This document shows, piece by piece, positions 13,030 to 25,596 of a DNA stretch of 64,000 nucleotides. The notes beneath the pieces are model-generated. The model had not been told where the DNA came from, did not search any database, and was given only the letters and a program-made list of their open reading frames with translations. Position numbers and translations under genes: made by a program. Source of the stretch: the human T2T-CHM13v2.0 reference genome, Homo sapiens; assembly GCF_009914755.1 (NCBI RefSeq), contig NC_060929.1; one strand, written 5' to 3'. Numbering within the stretch: the first letter of the stretch is position 1; every line of letters begins with the position of its first letter.

Positions 13030-13850
13030 AGATGTTACTGAAAATCTACTATGTTCCAGGAAGGGTGTAAGGCAGTATGGACACAAGGATAAAGCATGGT
13101 CTTTGTTCTCAAGAATCACCTAGTGCAGCAGGCCCCACCAGCACACAATTATGTAGTAGCATATTGGTAGCCACTGGTGTTCACTATGCTTGCATAAGCT
13201 TGAACTTGAAGGATGACTAGATGTGGGGGAGCCAGGACGAAGGTCATTTTGGGCTGAGAGAGAAATATGTGCAAAGGCCCGGATGAGGGAGAAATTATGG
13301 AATGACCAGGAATTTGAAAGAAATTCATTGTCACTTGAGGGGGAGTGTGAGTCGTATAAGATAACGCAGTGGTATGTCTGCAGGTATGCTTGTTAAACAT
13401 TTACCAGCATATCCCTGAAGATGAGGTTTGGAAGGTGGACAAAAAACCAGATCATGAAGATGTTGCATGTCATGCTCAGGAGGCTGAGTTTTATCCTGAA
13501 AGCCATGGAGAGCTATTGGACCATTTAGGGTAGAGGCACGCTCAGATTTAGGTTTAGAAAGATAACTCAGAGAATGGACAAGATTGGCATCAGGGAGACA
13601 AACTGACAGGCAGCTGCGGTGGTCAGGCCAGAGCTATTGAGGGTGGTGGCATTGGGGTGGAGGCAAAACATTCAAGAGATGCTAAGGGTGTATCATCAAC
13701 AGGGCCCAGTGGCCAAGTTGGATATGCATGGTGATAAAGGGGGAGACCTGGTCTTTTCTGGCTTGGGCAACTGTGGGGATAGCAGACACATGCCTCAAGT
13801 TAGAGGATATGGAAAGATAAGCAGGCTATGGGCATGAGGATTATGAGGAG
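13030..13850 (-). mobile_element. L2 fragment
   Basis: ctactatgttccagg, ttttatcctgaaagccatggagagctattgga and ttagaaagataactc are antisense-L2 motifs. Confidence 0.75.
13367..13417 (-). mobile_element. Ultra-short internally deleted MER63-like hAT element
   Basis: ttgttaaacatttaccagcatatccctg matches the MER63 terminus as I recall it. Imperfect TIR cagtggtatg / catatccctg and TSD-like aagataac / aagatgag. Confidence 0.55.
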
Positions 13851-16774
13851 CTCTGTCTAAACTTGTTTTATCTCATATTTGGCATTTACTATATTTTTTG
13901 TTGTATTTTGTTACTCATCCTTTTAGGTGGACTCTGATCCTTCTGAGGTCCTGGATCAGATTAACCAACGTGGGTATGCCCCGCACCTTTCACTCATTAC
14001 CACCCCTCAAAAGGTCACTTTGCCAAACATGAGTACATGGCCCCCACGCTAAGCCTGTGAGCAGCTGCAAGCCATATCATCTGCACAGTTGAGCACGGCA
14101 GGAACTTTGAACCAGGACCCAATTTCACCCTGAGGATGTGCTTCTCCTCTGAGGGGAGCAAAGCCCCTGGCTTGACCTGGCTCCCTTCTGGGAGGGAGGA
14201 CCACGTCTCAATTTGACAGCAGGAGGCTGTAGGTCAGTGGGGTGATGACCTGGCCCTGGGAGACCTGCTCTTTCTCTCAGCAGAACCCCATAAATCCTTC
14301 AAAAGGAAGTAAGTAATTCCCTCGGGATCAAGAGAGCCCTCCGCATTCTTGAAATAAATGAAGGCAAAATGTACAGGGATTTCTGAGAAAAGTAAATGTG
14401 GTGTGAGCATGATCCCTGGGTGTTACTATGCACAGAAAAGGCTTTTTTTTTTTTTTTTTCCCCTCTCCTGAATGGTGTTCTTTGCTCTCAAGTGAACTCA
14501 TGCACTGGATTTGGTCCAAGTACATTTTGTTTCTTGATTTCCAGCCAGGCTTCTCTCAGTTGTGATGCATTCTCTTCTTTGCTTCCCTCCTTCCCCAGTC
14601 CTGTTCTCTCTTTTTATAATGCTTTCAACTTTTCCATGTGACTGAACCAACACAGAGGAAAACCCACCAGCTTAGGTAGGGCTTCCACAAGAGTGGGGCC
14701 AGAGGGACTTCTTTGTGAACGGCCAGCCCCTCACGCAGCCCCGGCCTGCACGGCGAGGTTTGTCTGAGGCAGCTGAAGCAGAAAGCATTTGAACTCTGCC
14801 CTCTACCAAATGATTTCCAGATGTGTAAACCCCAGCCTCCCGCTGCACTCTGACTGTAGCCCTGCCAACGTACATCTGCAGATTCCTAGTGCACAGGAAA
14901 CTTGAAAGAGTATCTTTACAACATCTGCTGTCTTTTCCCAGCTCTCCCTCTCTGCCTTCTCGGACTTTGCCCCGTATTTTATATCCTCTCTTCAACAAAT
15001 CCATTAGAGAACTGCTGCACAGCCCTTCTTGGCTCACAGATGCCAGCTGTCTGTTTCACCCCAGAGCCTGTTCTTGGCTCTCTCAAGCACCACTAGAATC
15101 ATTGACCGAAGCACCACTAGAATCATTAAAGAAGCTTATTGGGCTCATGGAGGGGAAAAAAAGGACCAAGTTTTCTCCATTGGATTGGTGCCAGTCTACA
15201 AGCTGCAAAGGGAGATTTAGCCATAAGGAGGTCAGAGCAGAGCCCTAAAGATGGAAACACGAGTTTGCATGGAGAGTTTGCCTGCTATACCTGAGAGAAG
15301 GTGAGGTCTGCTTATAGGGGGAACTTTTTTCCATGGACATTCAGTTTCTTGGAACAAACAAGGCAGGCTTCTGTAAAATGGGAAGTATTGATGTACAGAA
15401 TGAGTTCCTTGCCTTCCCCTTCCCTAGGGCATGCTACCCATCAAGCTAAGAGGCCAGAAGAAGATCTTTTTATAATGTAACTCAAAGGAGGGGAGAAAAG
15501 AGCCAGAGACCCTTTTAGCATAATGGAGCAGATGATTTTTACTAAGGCGTGCACTCTCACCAGGGAAATGGCTTGATTGCTGTGTAAATAGATGCTTGAC
15601 CTTCATCCTGCCATTCATCCATATGGACCCTAAACGCTCTCCAGCTCTATCCTAGGGGACATGGAATGGAGGCAAGTGTCAAAATCTTGGCAAGGAAAAG
15701 AGGGTGCACTATAGAAGGGAGCAGAGAATTGAATGGGCCTATGAGCTCAGGAGCCTTGGGGAGGAACAGTTATAGGTGAGAGGCCCCCACCTACATGGGA
15801 CCTATGCCCTAAGCATGCAGGCCTACCTGGGAGGCAGTGAGCTAGCTGGGTTAGGGAAAACTGTTCCTTATTGCCACCCATGGTGGGTCTAGTGTGGCTT
15901 AAGAGGTGATTTTCTGGTCCCTGGTAAGACCGTCTCACCCTCTTATCTGCAGGACATAATAGTAAGTGGGTGACATTTATATTTTCGGCTTCAATAGTCC
16001 CAAACACTTTAGACAGACTGAGGCTCTCAGATGAAGCCCTATGACTTGGCTGACTTGCTGCCACAGTAGCCTCCCTATTTACAAAAACAAAATCCACCAA
16101 AACACATTGGCCTTGTACTTCAAGCAGGAAATATAAGAAAAACAAGGGGAAGAGATAAAGCAGGTTTTGGAATTCCTTTCCTTCACCCATATCTTTCCTT
16201 ACAGGTTTTCCAAAGACATTGGAACACCCCTGTAGCCATAGTAGCTCTTTTTTAAAGAGGAGAGGAATCTGTAGATTCTTTCACATGAGGGTGGGTGAGT
16301 AAAAGTTAAGCAAACAATTCCCTTGTGCATGATTATTTAGCTTATGGTGAACCTATGGTTAACTGTGGAGCTCTGATACTCTGGCAACCTCCTAAGGGTA
16401 GAATGCAAACTCCATTTCTAGGCAGCATTGCTGATGATAAAAATGACCCCGATTGGTAGATTGCATCTGGACTGGGAGGAACCATAAACAAATCATAATA
16501 TCTGCCAGGGACGCGATGCTTTGTGCTTCCCTGAAAGTGGTTACGTTTTTAAGGTGCATCTTGGGGCAATAAAAGCAATGTCTAGGGAGTTGTCTCAGGA
16601 GATATTGGCTCCTTTGAAGAGTGAGCTTTTTAATCAGGTTAGCCCTCACATCTGCCCAATGTGGAACTCATCCCTCATACCTGAACTGCCTCTGGGTGGA
16701 AGAAAATGCTGGATGGCTGTGAGTTGAGAGGATTTGAAATGGAACACAAAGTGTATTTGATACTCCTAAGCCCA

Positions 16775-17450
16775 GGGTCAGACAGATTCTAAGCTAGTCC
16801 TGGGTGATGATCTCTACCTCCTAGTATTGTATAATCCTTCCCCTCGAGTAACTTGCTTCTAACAGATAGAATATGCAATATTGAAGGTGTTACTTCTGTT
16901 ACTAGGTTACAAAAATTGTGATTTCTGTCTTGTTAGCAAATTCTTTCTCTTATTGGCTTTGATGAAGTAAGTTGATATGTTAGAGAGGCCTACATGGCAA
17001 AGAACTGAGGACACCGTATCGTTCACAGTTAGCAAGCAACCAGAGTCTTCATTCCAGAGCCTTTGAGGAACAAAATCCTGCCAAAAACCACATAAGTGAG
17101 TTTGGAAGCAAATCTTCCTTTAGTCAAACCTTCAGATGAGATCTCAGCCCTATCTGACACCTTGGTTGCAGTCTTGTGAGAGTCTAAAAGTAGAAGTCTA
17201 GCTAAGCTCTCCCTGCATTCTTGACTCTCAGGAACTGTGAGATAAAATATATATATATATTATATATATTATTTTAAGGTGATAAATTTTAGGGTAGTTT
17301 GTTACTAGGATGACCAACAGTGTTGGTTTGCCTAAGACTAACTCAAGACTGTCCCAGTTCTGACACTGATAATCCTGAGTTCCAGTAAATCCCTCAGCCT
17401 TGGACAAACTGGAACAATTGTTACTCTATTTGTGATAGACAATTAGTACA
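16775..17450 (+). mobile_element. MLT1E/F-like (MaLR) solo LTR
   Basis: tataatccttcccctcgagtaacttgcttctaacagatagaatatg and cagatgagatctcagccc...ggaactgtgagata. Ends ...gatagacaattagtaCA. Confidence 0.85.
17306..17428 (+). mobile_element. MER81 (hAT-Blackjack) nested in the MLT1 LTR
   Basis: TIRs taggatgaccaac ... aattgttactcta. 8-bp TSD-like tttgttac / tttgtgat. Confidence 0.8.
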
Positions 17451-18071
17451 TATATGCATATGTTATTTCTCACTTAAGCAAGTGTATCTTCAAGATAGAC
17501 TCCTAGAAGTGGGTTTTTGGGGTCTAAACAGTAAAGTCACCTAGAATTTTATGTTTCTAAATTCCCCTTCATAAGGTTTGTACCATTTTGTACTCCCATC
17601 TGCAAGATGAAAATGCTTGTTTCTCCATGGTCTGCTGTTTTCATTACCAGTTTATTTGATAATTAAAGCAATTTAATCTTTTATTATCTAAGTGTAAGCT
17701 GATTCATAGTCTCTTAGAATAAAGAAATACATTTAAACATTAATTAACACTTGTAGAATTGAACTGCATGATTTATACTTTATTTCGATGAACGCATTTC
17801 ACTGAATATACTGAGAAACAAATTTAACTGAATGTAGTCAGACTGTCATTGTGTGTGTGTGCATGTGAGTGTCTCCTCCACCTCCTTCCCCCGTAACTTG
17901 GTCTCATATAACTGATTGGTCTTTCAATTTCATAATCATTCTGTTACTCTATCATGAGTATAATTAGCTCAAATGCCATGTTTACCTTCAGTAGTGGATT
18001 AGGACACCAAAAGAACATGTGATGTGGTAGAAGAAAAGGTAGTGGTTTGCGTGGACCCTTTTGTGATTGCT

Positions 18072-18372
18072 AGCAGAGTTGCAAGTTCAAATGTCTATAT
18101 CGTCAGGCAGATAACTCAAGGAAACGAGCATGGGTAGGTTGGGAAGCCAGTGATCTGTATAGCATATGCCCTGTCTAAGCAATCAATTGCAGCCATCCTG
18201 TGGCCAGGGAGAGATGCAGCCCAGTTTGCTATTGCAGTTTTTCAAGATAAACTGGGATTAGAGTTTTAGGAAATCTTCAATTGTGACTCCTTACAGCAGA
18301 AAAAGAAGAACACAAGATTCAGCAAAAACCATATCTATAGGCCGGCACTGATCTGCAGGCTGCCAGTCTGGA
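18072..18372 (-). mobile_element. MER102-like hAT-Charlie element
   Basis: gttgcaagttcaaatgtc...caggcagataac at one end and ggccggcactgatctgcaggctgccagt at the other. Confidence 0.6.
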
Positions 18373-18399
18373 GATGTGGAAATGTGGAAAAGAGAAAAA

Positions 18400-18585
18400 T
18401 AAATCAGCGTTTACTGAGCACCTGTGGGCCATTGTTTCTCACCTAATGCTGGGATACATGCATTATTAACCTAATTTTCTGATCAGGACACTGACGCTCA
18501 CAGAAGTTAAATAACTGGTCTAAGATAATCTAGCAAACCAGTGGCAGATCCGTGGCCAAGTCTTTAGATCCCTAAGTCTCTATTC
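18400..18585 (-). mobile_element. MIR SINE
   Basis: tttactgagcacct...gacactgacgctcacagaagttaaataactggtctaag. Confidence 0.75.
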
Positions 18586-19834
18586 TTTTCACTCTACCAA
18601 GCCATGGTTGGCACCCTCTCTGGTGTAAGTGATCTTTCAGTTTTCTTTAGAAAGCATGTTCCAGAGCTGAAATAAAAAAGCAATATCCCCATTCCTCTTA
18701 ACTTTGTTATCCAGTGGCATAAACCACACAGATACACTTGCGTTTGCAATTGTTTGGGAAGTGTTCTTGGGTGGTTCCCTGGGCAACACTCCATGGAGTG
18801 TCATCCTCGGTGTGTGTACAGTGGCTTGTTTTCAGCTGGAAGGGCAAGGAACAAAAATCTTTCAGTTTTTATTTCCCCTGTACTGGTTTGAACCCCCTTC
18901 TAAGAACCATTATGGGGATGAAGGAAATGCAAACACAGGTATAATTAGATTCTAAGCCCAGCATAGATGAGTGGTTCTGCCTTAGGCCCTGTGCCTGGCA
19001 GGGCTTGCGATTTTGTTTATTAGCCTCCTGTTTATAGTCCCGGCATTCCCCAGATTACTTCCCCGTCAGTCTGGGAGGTGGTATGAGTGGAGGATTTGTG
19101 AAATGGTGTGAACGGGGCTCTTGTAAACAGAAATGATGATGCTGAGAAGGTTCAGATCCAATGGCAATCAGTTATACTAGCTGCTGGTCCTCTTTGCATT
19201 TTATAACCTAATGAGGTTCTTTTATTATTTTTATCATTTCTTTCAGTTATTCTTTCATAAATCTGCTTTTGAGCTCTTCAATCAGCAATTCTCCCTATTC
19301 TTCCCACTCATCTGGGGCCTCATTTTTTTTTTTAAGGTTTTGGAACTTGTACCTTTATCCCTGTTTTGTAGATTTAATTATGTTTGCAATGATTTGGAGA
19401 AAATTGTCTGCATTCTTTATAGTCCAAATAAGTCAGCCTCTACAAAATGCATAGTTATGTAGTTTAGTGGGATGTGTTCTGATGTTCTTTGAGTGCATTG
19501 AGTATTAATATAAGAGGATGGGCGAAGTTAGTAATTTGGCTGCTAAAGTAACTTTTTCCTGGTTTGCAGCAAGTAACAGAGCTGGGTACTCTTTTCATGC
19601 AGTTCTGGAGACACGGAGAAGTGTGACTTGTAACTTACATGATTGTCTTCATTTTCTGTTTAACTGAAAAAGAAAAGTGAGATCAGCAAAGTAAAATAAT
19701 AGAAATATCCTATGACATCAGCAAATGTGTTTTCTGAAAGCTGAACCAGGCGAAAAATCATGCTATCAACAACTTTTCATTTTTAACGTTCTCTCTCTAT
19801 TTTTCGGTATCATTTGGTAAAGTTAATTAGACCC

Positions 19835-20348
19835 TGGAATAAGTTAGGAATTGCTTTGGATTGCTACTAAGTGAGAGATTAACAAAATAAGGCCTTGTGT
19901 GTTTCCTCTCATGTGAAACAGAAGCAAGGAGTCTAGGACTGTGACAGCAGCTCTGCAGTCATCGGGAGCCCAGGCTCCTTCTGGGTGTTTTGCTCCTCTG
20001 TCCTCAGTGCTTGCTTGCTATGTTTGAGGTTACCTCACTGCCGAGAGATGGCTGCTGCTGGAGCTCATTCCATCATTTCTGCCTTGCCGGCCTCAGGACA
20101 AAGGAAGGGAGATGGAGATAGGCACTGGCGACCCACATGAATCAACTTCTTTTGAAACATTCAAAACGTTTCCCTGAAACATTCACTGATAACTTCTGCT
20201 TCATTTGCCAGCAACATGCATCTATAAGAGGGGTTTGGAAATGTCGTTTTCAGCTGGGCACACTGCAAGGCCTAATCATGCAGGTGGCGGTTACTAAGAA
20301 GAAGGTGGAACAGCTTGGTGGGTGGGGAAGTAGCAGCTTCTGCTGCAA
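19835..20348 (-). mobile_element. Old MaLR LTR (MLT1J/K-like)
   Basis: gttaggaattgctttgg...gagcccaggctccttc...agatggctgctg...ggaaatgtcgttttcagctgggcaca. Confidence 0.7.
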
Positions 20349-20551
20349 TCCCTGTGCCTGACTCCTGGCTCTCCTGCCCATTCCGGGAAGGCCTAGCACT
20401 CTGGGGGTGATGGTGACGGTAGGGAGGACAATCCAAGCAACAGGATACCATGGTGAGTACAGTATGAGATGAACTCACACAAGGCCTGCTTCCGTGGCCA
20501 AATTAGCCATGTATACCCATATCCTTGTATTACCATATCATTACCATGTGG

Positions 20552-21031
20552 TGTATTAGTTTCCTATGGCTTATGGCTGCTGTCACAAATTACCACAAAT
20601 TTGGTGGCTAAAAGCACAGATTTTTTTTTTTTTTTTTTTTTTTTTGTACAATTCTGAAGGCTAGAAGTCCAAAGGCAGTTTCACTGAGCTGAAATCAAGG
20701 CATGTACAAGGCTGTGCTCCCTCTGGGGAATAATATAGAGGAGAACCATTTCTTGCCTCTTTCAGCTGCTTGCAGCTGCCAGCAGTATTGGGCTTGTGGC
20801 TACATCACTCCAACCTCTTCCTTTGTCTTTACATTCTTCTCTGTGTCTCAAAACTCCTTTCCATATACAGATGCATGTGACTACGTGTAGGACAGACCCA
20901 GATAATTCAGGAGAAGAATGCCTCTCAAGACTAATAACTCAATCACACCTTTTGCCATAAGGTAATATTCACAGGTTCTGAGGATTAGGATTTGAGCATG
21001 TCCTTTGGGGGCTACCATTCAGCCCACTACA
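20552..21031 (-). mobile_element. MLT1C-like MaLR solo LTR with internal poly-T
   Basis: TGtattagtttcct...gctgctgtcacaaattaccacaaatttggtggct ... ccattcagcccactaCA. Confidence 0.9.
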
Positions 21032-21299
21032 TCTGAGGAATAGTTTGTACACTAAAATATCTTGTCTGGCATCTATGTAGAAATTTTTTCTCACTGATAA
21101 CCCTAAGGCTCGTTGGTTTTCTTCCAAGTATATGAAAATATATTATACATATATGATCAAAATCATACTAAGAACCATATATTTACCTTCTTGTATATGT
21201 TACAGACATCAGGTAGTGTTAAATTGACTTGTCAGTTATTATGACCTTGGATTTTTGGTTCTGGTTGTTTTGTTATTGTTTTGTGTATTTTTTTCTTAG

Positions 21300-24015
21300 G
21301 TTTTTTTTTTTTTTCTTTTTTTACAGTAAGGTTTATCAAAGTATAGTTTACACACAATAGAAGTCACTCATTTTAGGCATACAGTTCTATGAGTTTTGAG
21401 TAATATATACAGGTATATAGTCCCACCAAAACCAAGATATAGAGTATTTCCATCATCCCAAAAAGTTTCCCCATGCTCCTTTATAATTAATCCCTACCCT
21501 CCCTGGAAACCACTGGTCTGATTTTACTTCCTACTTCTTTTGCCTTTTCAGTAATGTCATAAAAATGGAATAATAGAGTACATGGCCTTTGTATCTCATT
21601 TCTTTCACTGAAAATGATACTTTTGAAATTCATCCAGGTTGTTGCATGTATCAGTGGTTTATTTATCCCTTTTTCACTGCTGAATAGTATTCTGATGTAT
21701 ATATGTACCACAATTTATCTATTTCCTAGTTGATATTCATGTGTTGTTTCCAGTTTTTGACAATTATGAATAAAGATGCTATAAACATTTTTGTATAGTT
21801 TTTTGCATGAATATATATTTTCATTTCTTTGTGATAAATGCCTAGGAGTGGGATATTGCTAGGTTGTATGGAAAATGTATGTTTGACTTTCTAAGAAACT
21901 GCCTAAGAGTTTTCCAAAATGGCTGTGCCTTTTTGTGTGTCACTGGTAAAATATGAGAGTTCTAGGGCTTTGCATTCCTGCCAGCCTGTGGTAATGACAG
22001 CTTTTTGTTGTTTCCTTACATTCTAAGAAGGGTGTAGTGTTATCTTGCTATGATTTTAATGTACATGTCCCTAATGACTAACAATTTTGTGCATCTTTTA
22101 ATTTGCTTATCTGCCATCTGTATCTCTGTGATGAGTGTCTCTTCAAATGTTTTTCCCATTTTTCAATAAGATGGTTTATTTTCTTTTTATTATGTTGTGA
22201 GAGATCTTGATGTATTCTGAATAGCAGTCCATTATCAGATATGTGTTTTGTAAGTATTCTCTTACAGTCTTCACTGCTGTTTCCATTTTCTCAACTTTTA
22301 TACAGCAGAAACTTAATTTTGATGAAGTTCAGTTTATCAGTTTTTTCTTTCATGATTCATACTTTTCTGTCCTATCAGAGAAACCTTTGCCTAACCCAGT
22401 TTTGCAAAGATTTTCTCCAATGTTTTCTTCTAGAAATTTTGTAGACTTAAGATTTTATTCTGAGGTATGTGACCTATTTAGAGTTAATTTTTGTATGTAG
22501 TATGAGGTATGAGTTAAGGTTTATTTTTTGCATACGGATGTTCAAATTTTCCAGCATCATTTGTTGGAAAGACTATCCTTTCTCCTTACCTTCACACCTT
22601 TGTCAAAAAAACAATTGACCATATATCTGTGGGTCTTCTGTTTCTTTGTGTGTGTTTATCCTTTCGCAAGTACCACACTGTCTTGATATTGTCTTGATAA
22701 GAAATCTTGAAATTAGGTAGTGATAGTTCTCCACCTTTCTTTTTCAAAAGTATTTTGGCTATTTCAGGTTTTTACTTTTCCATAAAACTTTTAGAATCAG
22801 CTTGTCAATTTCTTCAAATAAGTCTTCTGGGATTTTCAGTGGGTTTGCAATGAAACTATAGATTAATTCAGAGAGAATTGGCATCTTAACTATATATGCA
22901 TATATACACACATACATATGCATATATAGTTAAGTTACCAATTTGAGATAGGTATATATATATGAGATAGCGTCTCACTCTGTCACCAAGAGAGACTGCT
23001 TGATGAGATCACGGCTCATTGCAGCCTAGACCTCCTGGGCTCAAGTGATCCTCCCACCTCAGCCTCCTGAGTATCTGGGACCACAGGTGAGCACCACCCA
23101 CCCAGCTAATTTTAAAACTTTATGTAGTGACAGGATCTCCCTATATTGGTCAGGCTGGTCTTGAACTCCCGGGCTCAAGGAATCCTCCCACTTCGGTCTC
23201 CCAGAGTGGATTACAGATGTGAGCCACTTTGCCTGGCCATCTTAACTATATTGAGTCTTCCAATTTCTGAACATGTTAGGCTCTCCTCTCTATTTATTTA
23301 GGTCTTTTTGTAAATCTACTTAAAAACATTTCAATTTGTAATTGTTTATTTTTTGTATATAAAAATTACAATTAAAAATATTGGCCTAGTATTCTAAGAC
23401 CTTGGTAAAGTCACTTATTAATTCTTGCAGCTTTTTTGTGTGAATTCCTTAGAATTTTCTATGTAGGAATCATATTTTTCTGGATATAGAGGCAGTTTTA
23501 TTCCTTGTGCTGCAATCTGGATGCCTTTTATTTCTTTTGGTGCCTTATAGCACTGGCCAGGACCTCTAGCAATATGTTAAATAGGAGTGGTGGGAGTGGA
23601 TATTCTTGCTTGCTCCCAACTTTAGGGGAGAAGTATTCATTCTCACAACATGAAGTATGCTATTAGCTGTAGGCTTTCCATAGATAACCCTTATCAATGT
23701 GAAGAAGTTCTTTTCTAAGTTTTCTGAGAGTGTGTCTCATAAATGGGTGCTAAAATTTATCAATTCTATTTCTGCATCTGTTGAGATGATGATATGTTTT
23801 TTTTTAGCCTGTGATATGGTGATTTTTTAATGTTGAGCCAATTTTTCATTTCTGGGATAAATCCCACATGGTGATAACATATTATTCTCTTCATATATTG
23901 CTAGTTCAATTTGTTCATGTTTTGTTAAGGATTCATATTTTGTTACATTCCCGAGGGATATTGGTCTGTAGTTTTCTTGTAATATCTATGTTGAGTTTTG
24001 GTATCAGAATACTGC
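21300..24015 (-). mobile_element. L1MB/ME-type LINE-1 3' fragment interrupted by an AluJ
   Basis: Poly-T at about 21301-21322 followed by antisense 3' UTR and ORF2 motifs (tccagcatcatttgttggaaagactatcc; tgttaaataggagtggtgggagtgga). Confidence 0.9.
22964..23238 (-). mobile_element. AluJ
   Basis: Antisense Alu with ctcctgggctcaagtgatcctcccacc. TSD atcttaactata at 22883-22894 and 23239-23250. Confidence 0.92.
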
Positions 24016-24389
24016 TATTTTCTCCTCTGCATATTGTTAATTCTACTCATTTGGGAGGTTTCTCAAACTGGCTTTTGTATTCTGTTTTGTTCTCCATCAC
24101 TTTTAATCTTTAAACAGGTCACCAGGATACCTTCCCCAAGTTGATCTTTCTATATATGTTTTTTTCTAATGTGAATATTAAACATATACCATACATAAAC
24201 ACGTTGAAAATATGTTATCATTTACCCTCCTATTTATAAACTCTAATATCCCTAAAAATATCAGTAGCAAAGGGAGGAATAGTGTAGGGGGAGAAACAGT
24301 GTTTGTGTAAGAGCATAGGGCTTCTGTCCTGGTTTTGTTTCTACCTTTCTATTTGCCTCCACTGATTGTATAAGATCTGTGTTCTAGAA

Positions 24390-24555
24390 ACTGTGTTTAA
24401 AAATACTTTATGTACTTTGCCTCATATTCTTCCTTACATAATTCATATAAAGAATTTGTATTTTTCCACTTAACAGGTGAGGAAACCAAGGGCTAGATGC
24501 GTTAGCTTGTCCAAAATAATCCTCTCAGTAGGAATTTGAAGCAAGGCTGCTCCAT
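24390..24555 (-). mobile_element. MIR SINE
   Basis: ccacttaacaggtgaggaaaccaagggctag. Confidence 0.65.
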
Positions 24556-25187
24556 CCCTACCAGCTTTGGCATTTAAAGACAGAGGGGGCCGCCCTCACT
24601 GGTGTCCACTGACTTGTGACTGACAATCTTCCCTCCATGCAGTGAGCCTGAGGAGGCCTGGCCCAACTTTCCCTACCACATCTTATTTCTGGCATTCAGT
24701 GACATGCAAAAGTTTCCAAGAAGAGTAAATTGTAAAGCAGATGGCATAATATTTCTCTTTTTCTACCCATCTCCTCTTTTAGACCCAGCAGGTGAAGCTC
24801 CCTACCGGGAGAGGGGAAATCCCTGTGAGATGGTAGAGCTCATGAATAAGAAACCTGTGACCCACAGAGCCGAGGAAACCTCCCCCAACACACACACTTG
24901 AGGCCAACAGTAAGGACAGAGAACCAGGGGCAAGGAGTGTGGGAGAGGGAAGGGTGAAGTGAGCCAAAAGTATGCAGCAGCTCAGTGGGTAGAAAAGGGG
25001 CTAGGGAGAGGCAGGTCTGAGATACAAGGGCATTTGGTGCATTTCCTTCTCCCGGGTCTCCGTTATGCAGAATGTGTGGCCCAGAGACATAGAAGCCATG
25101 GGGCATCTTTCCAGGCACTCAGGGGTGTGTCCAGTATGCTCCCCCTCCACAAGGAAATTAACAGAGCCTTAATGGGTAGAAAGCATC

Positions 25188-25596
25188 TGTAATGAGAAAA
25201 ACTTGGAATTATATTAAGAAAACTTTTCCCCAACCATGAGGGGTGCCAAGAGACCAAAGAATGACTCAGACAAGTCCAGCTTGGCAAGTAGGTGAGATTA
25301 TTAGAACTTACATATGAGGTGCTCCGAGATGGCAGCAGGGCAGCTATACATATCCATGCCACCTCCCATTCCTAAGCTGCTTTGAAGCTAATATTCTGAC
25401 TCTTTGCCTATTGTGTGTGTGCGTAATGGGACTGTTTGCCTTGGTAGGTTCTCAGATACTATGCAGGACATTTGGGTTCTCAGGAACACCTGCTCCTCGG
25501 CTGGGCACCATGGTCTTGGCTCACAGCCTGGCCTTCAGGGTTCAGGCAGCAGATATACACCCTTTAGTAACTGGGTGGGGGAACTGTCACACGACA
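25188..25596 (-). mobile_element. LTR47-like (ERVL) solo LTR
   Basis: TG...CA ends with 5-bp TSD-like gcatc / gcacc. Internal gagaccaaagaatgactcagacaagtccagcttgg and cctgctcctcggctgggcaccatgg match LTR47A as I recall it. Confidence 0.8.

Noticed and set aside
15747-16190. 147-aa minus-strand ORF with ATG
   Set aside because: No recognisable domain or exon context. An ORF of this length is expected by chance in 64 kb over six frames.
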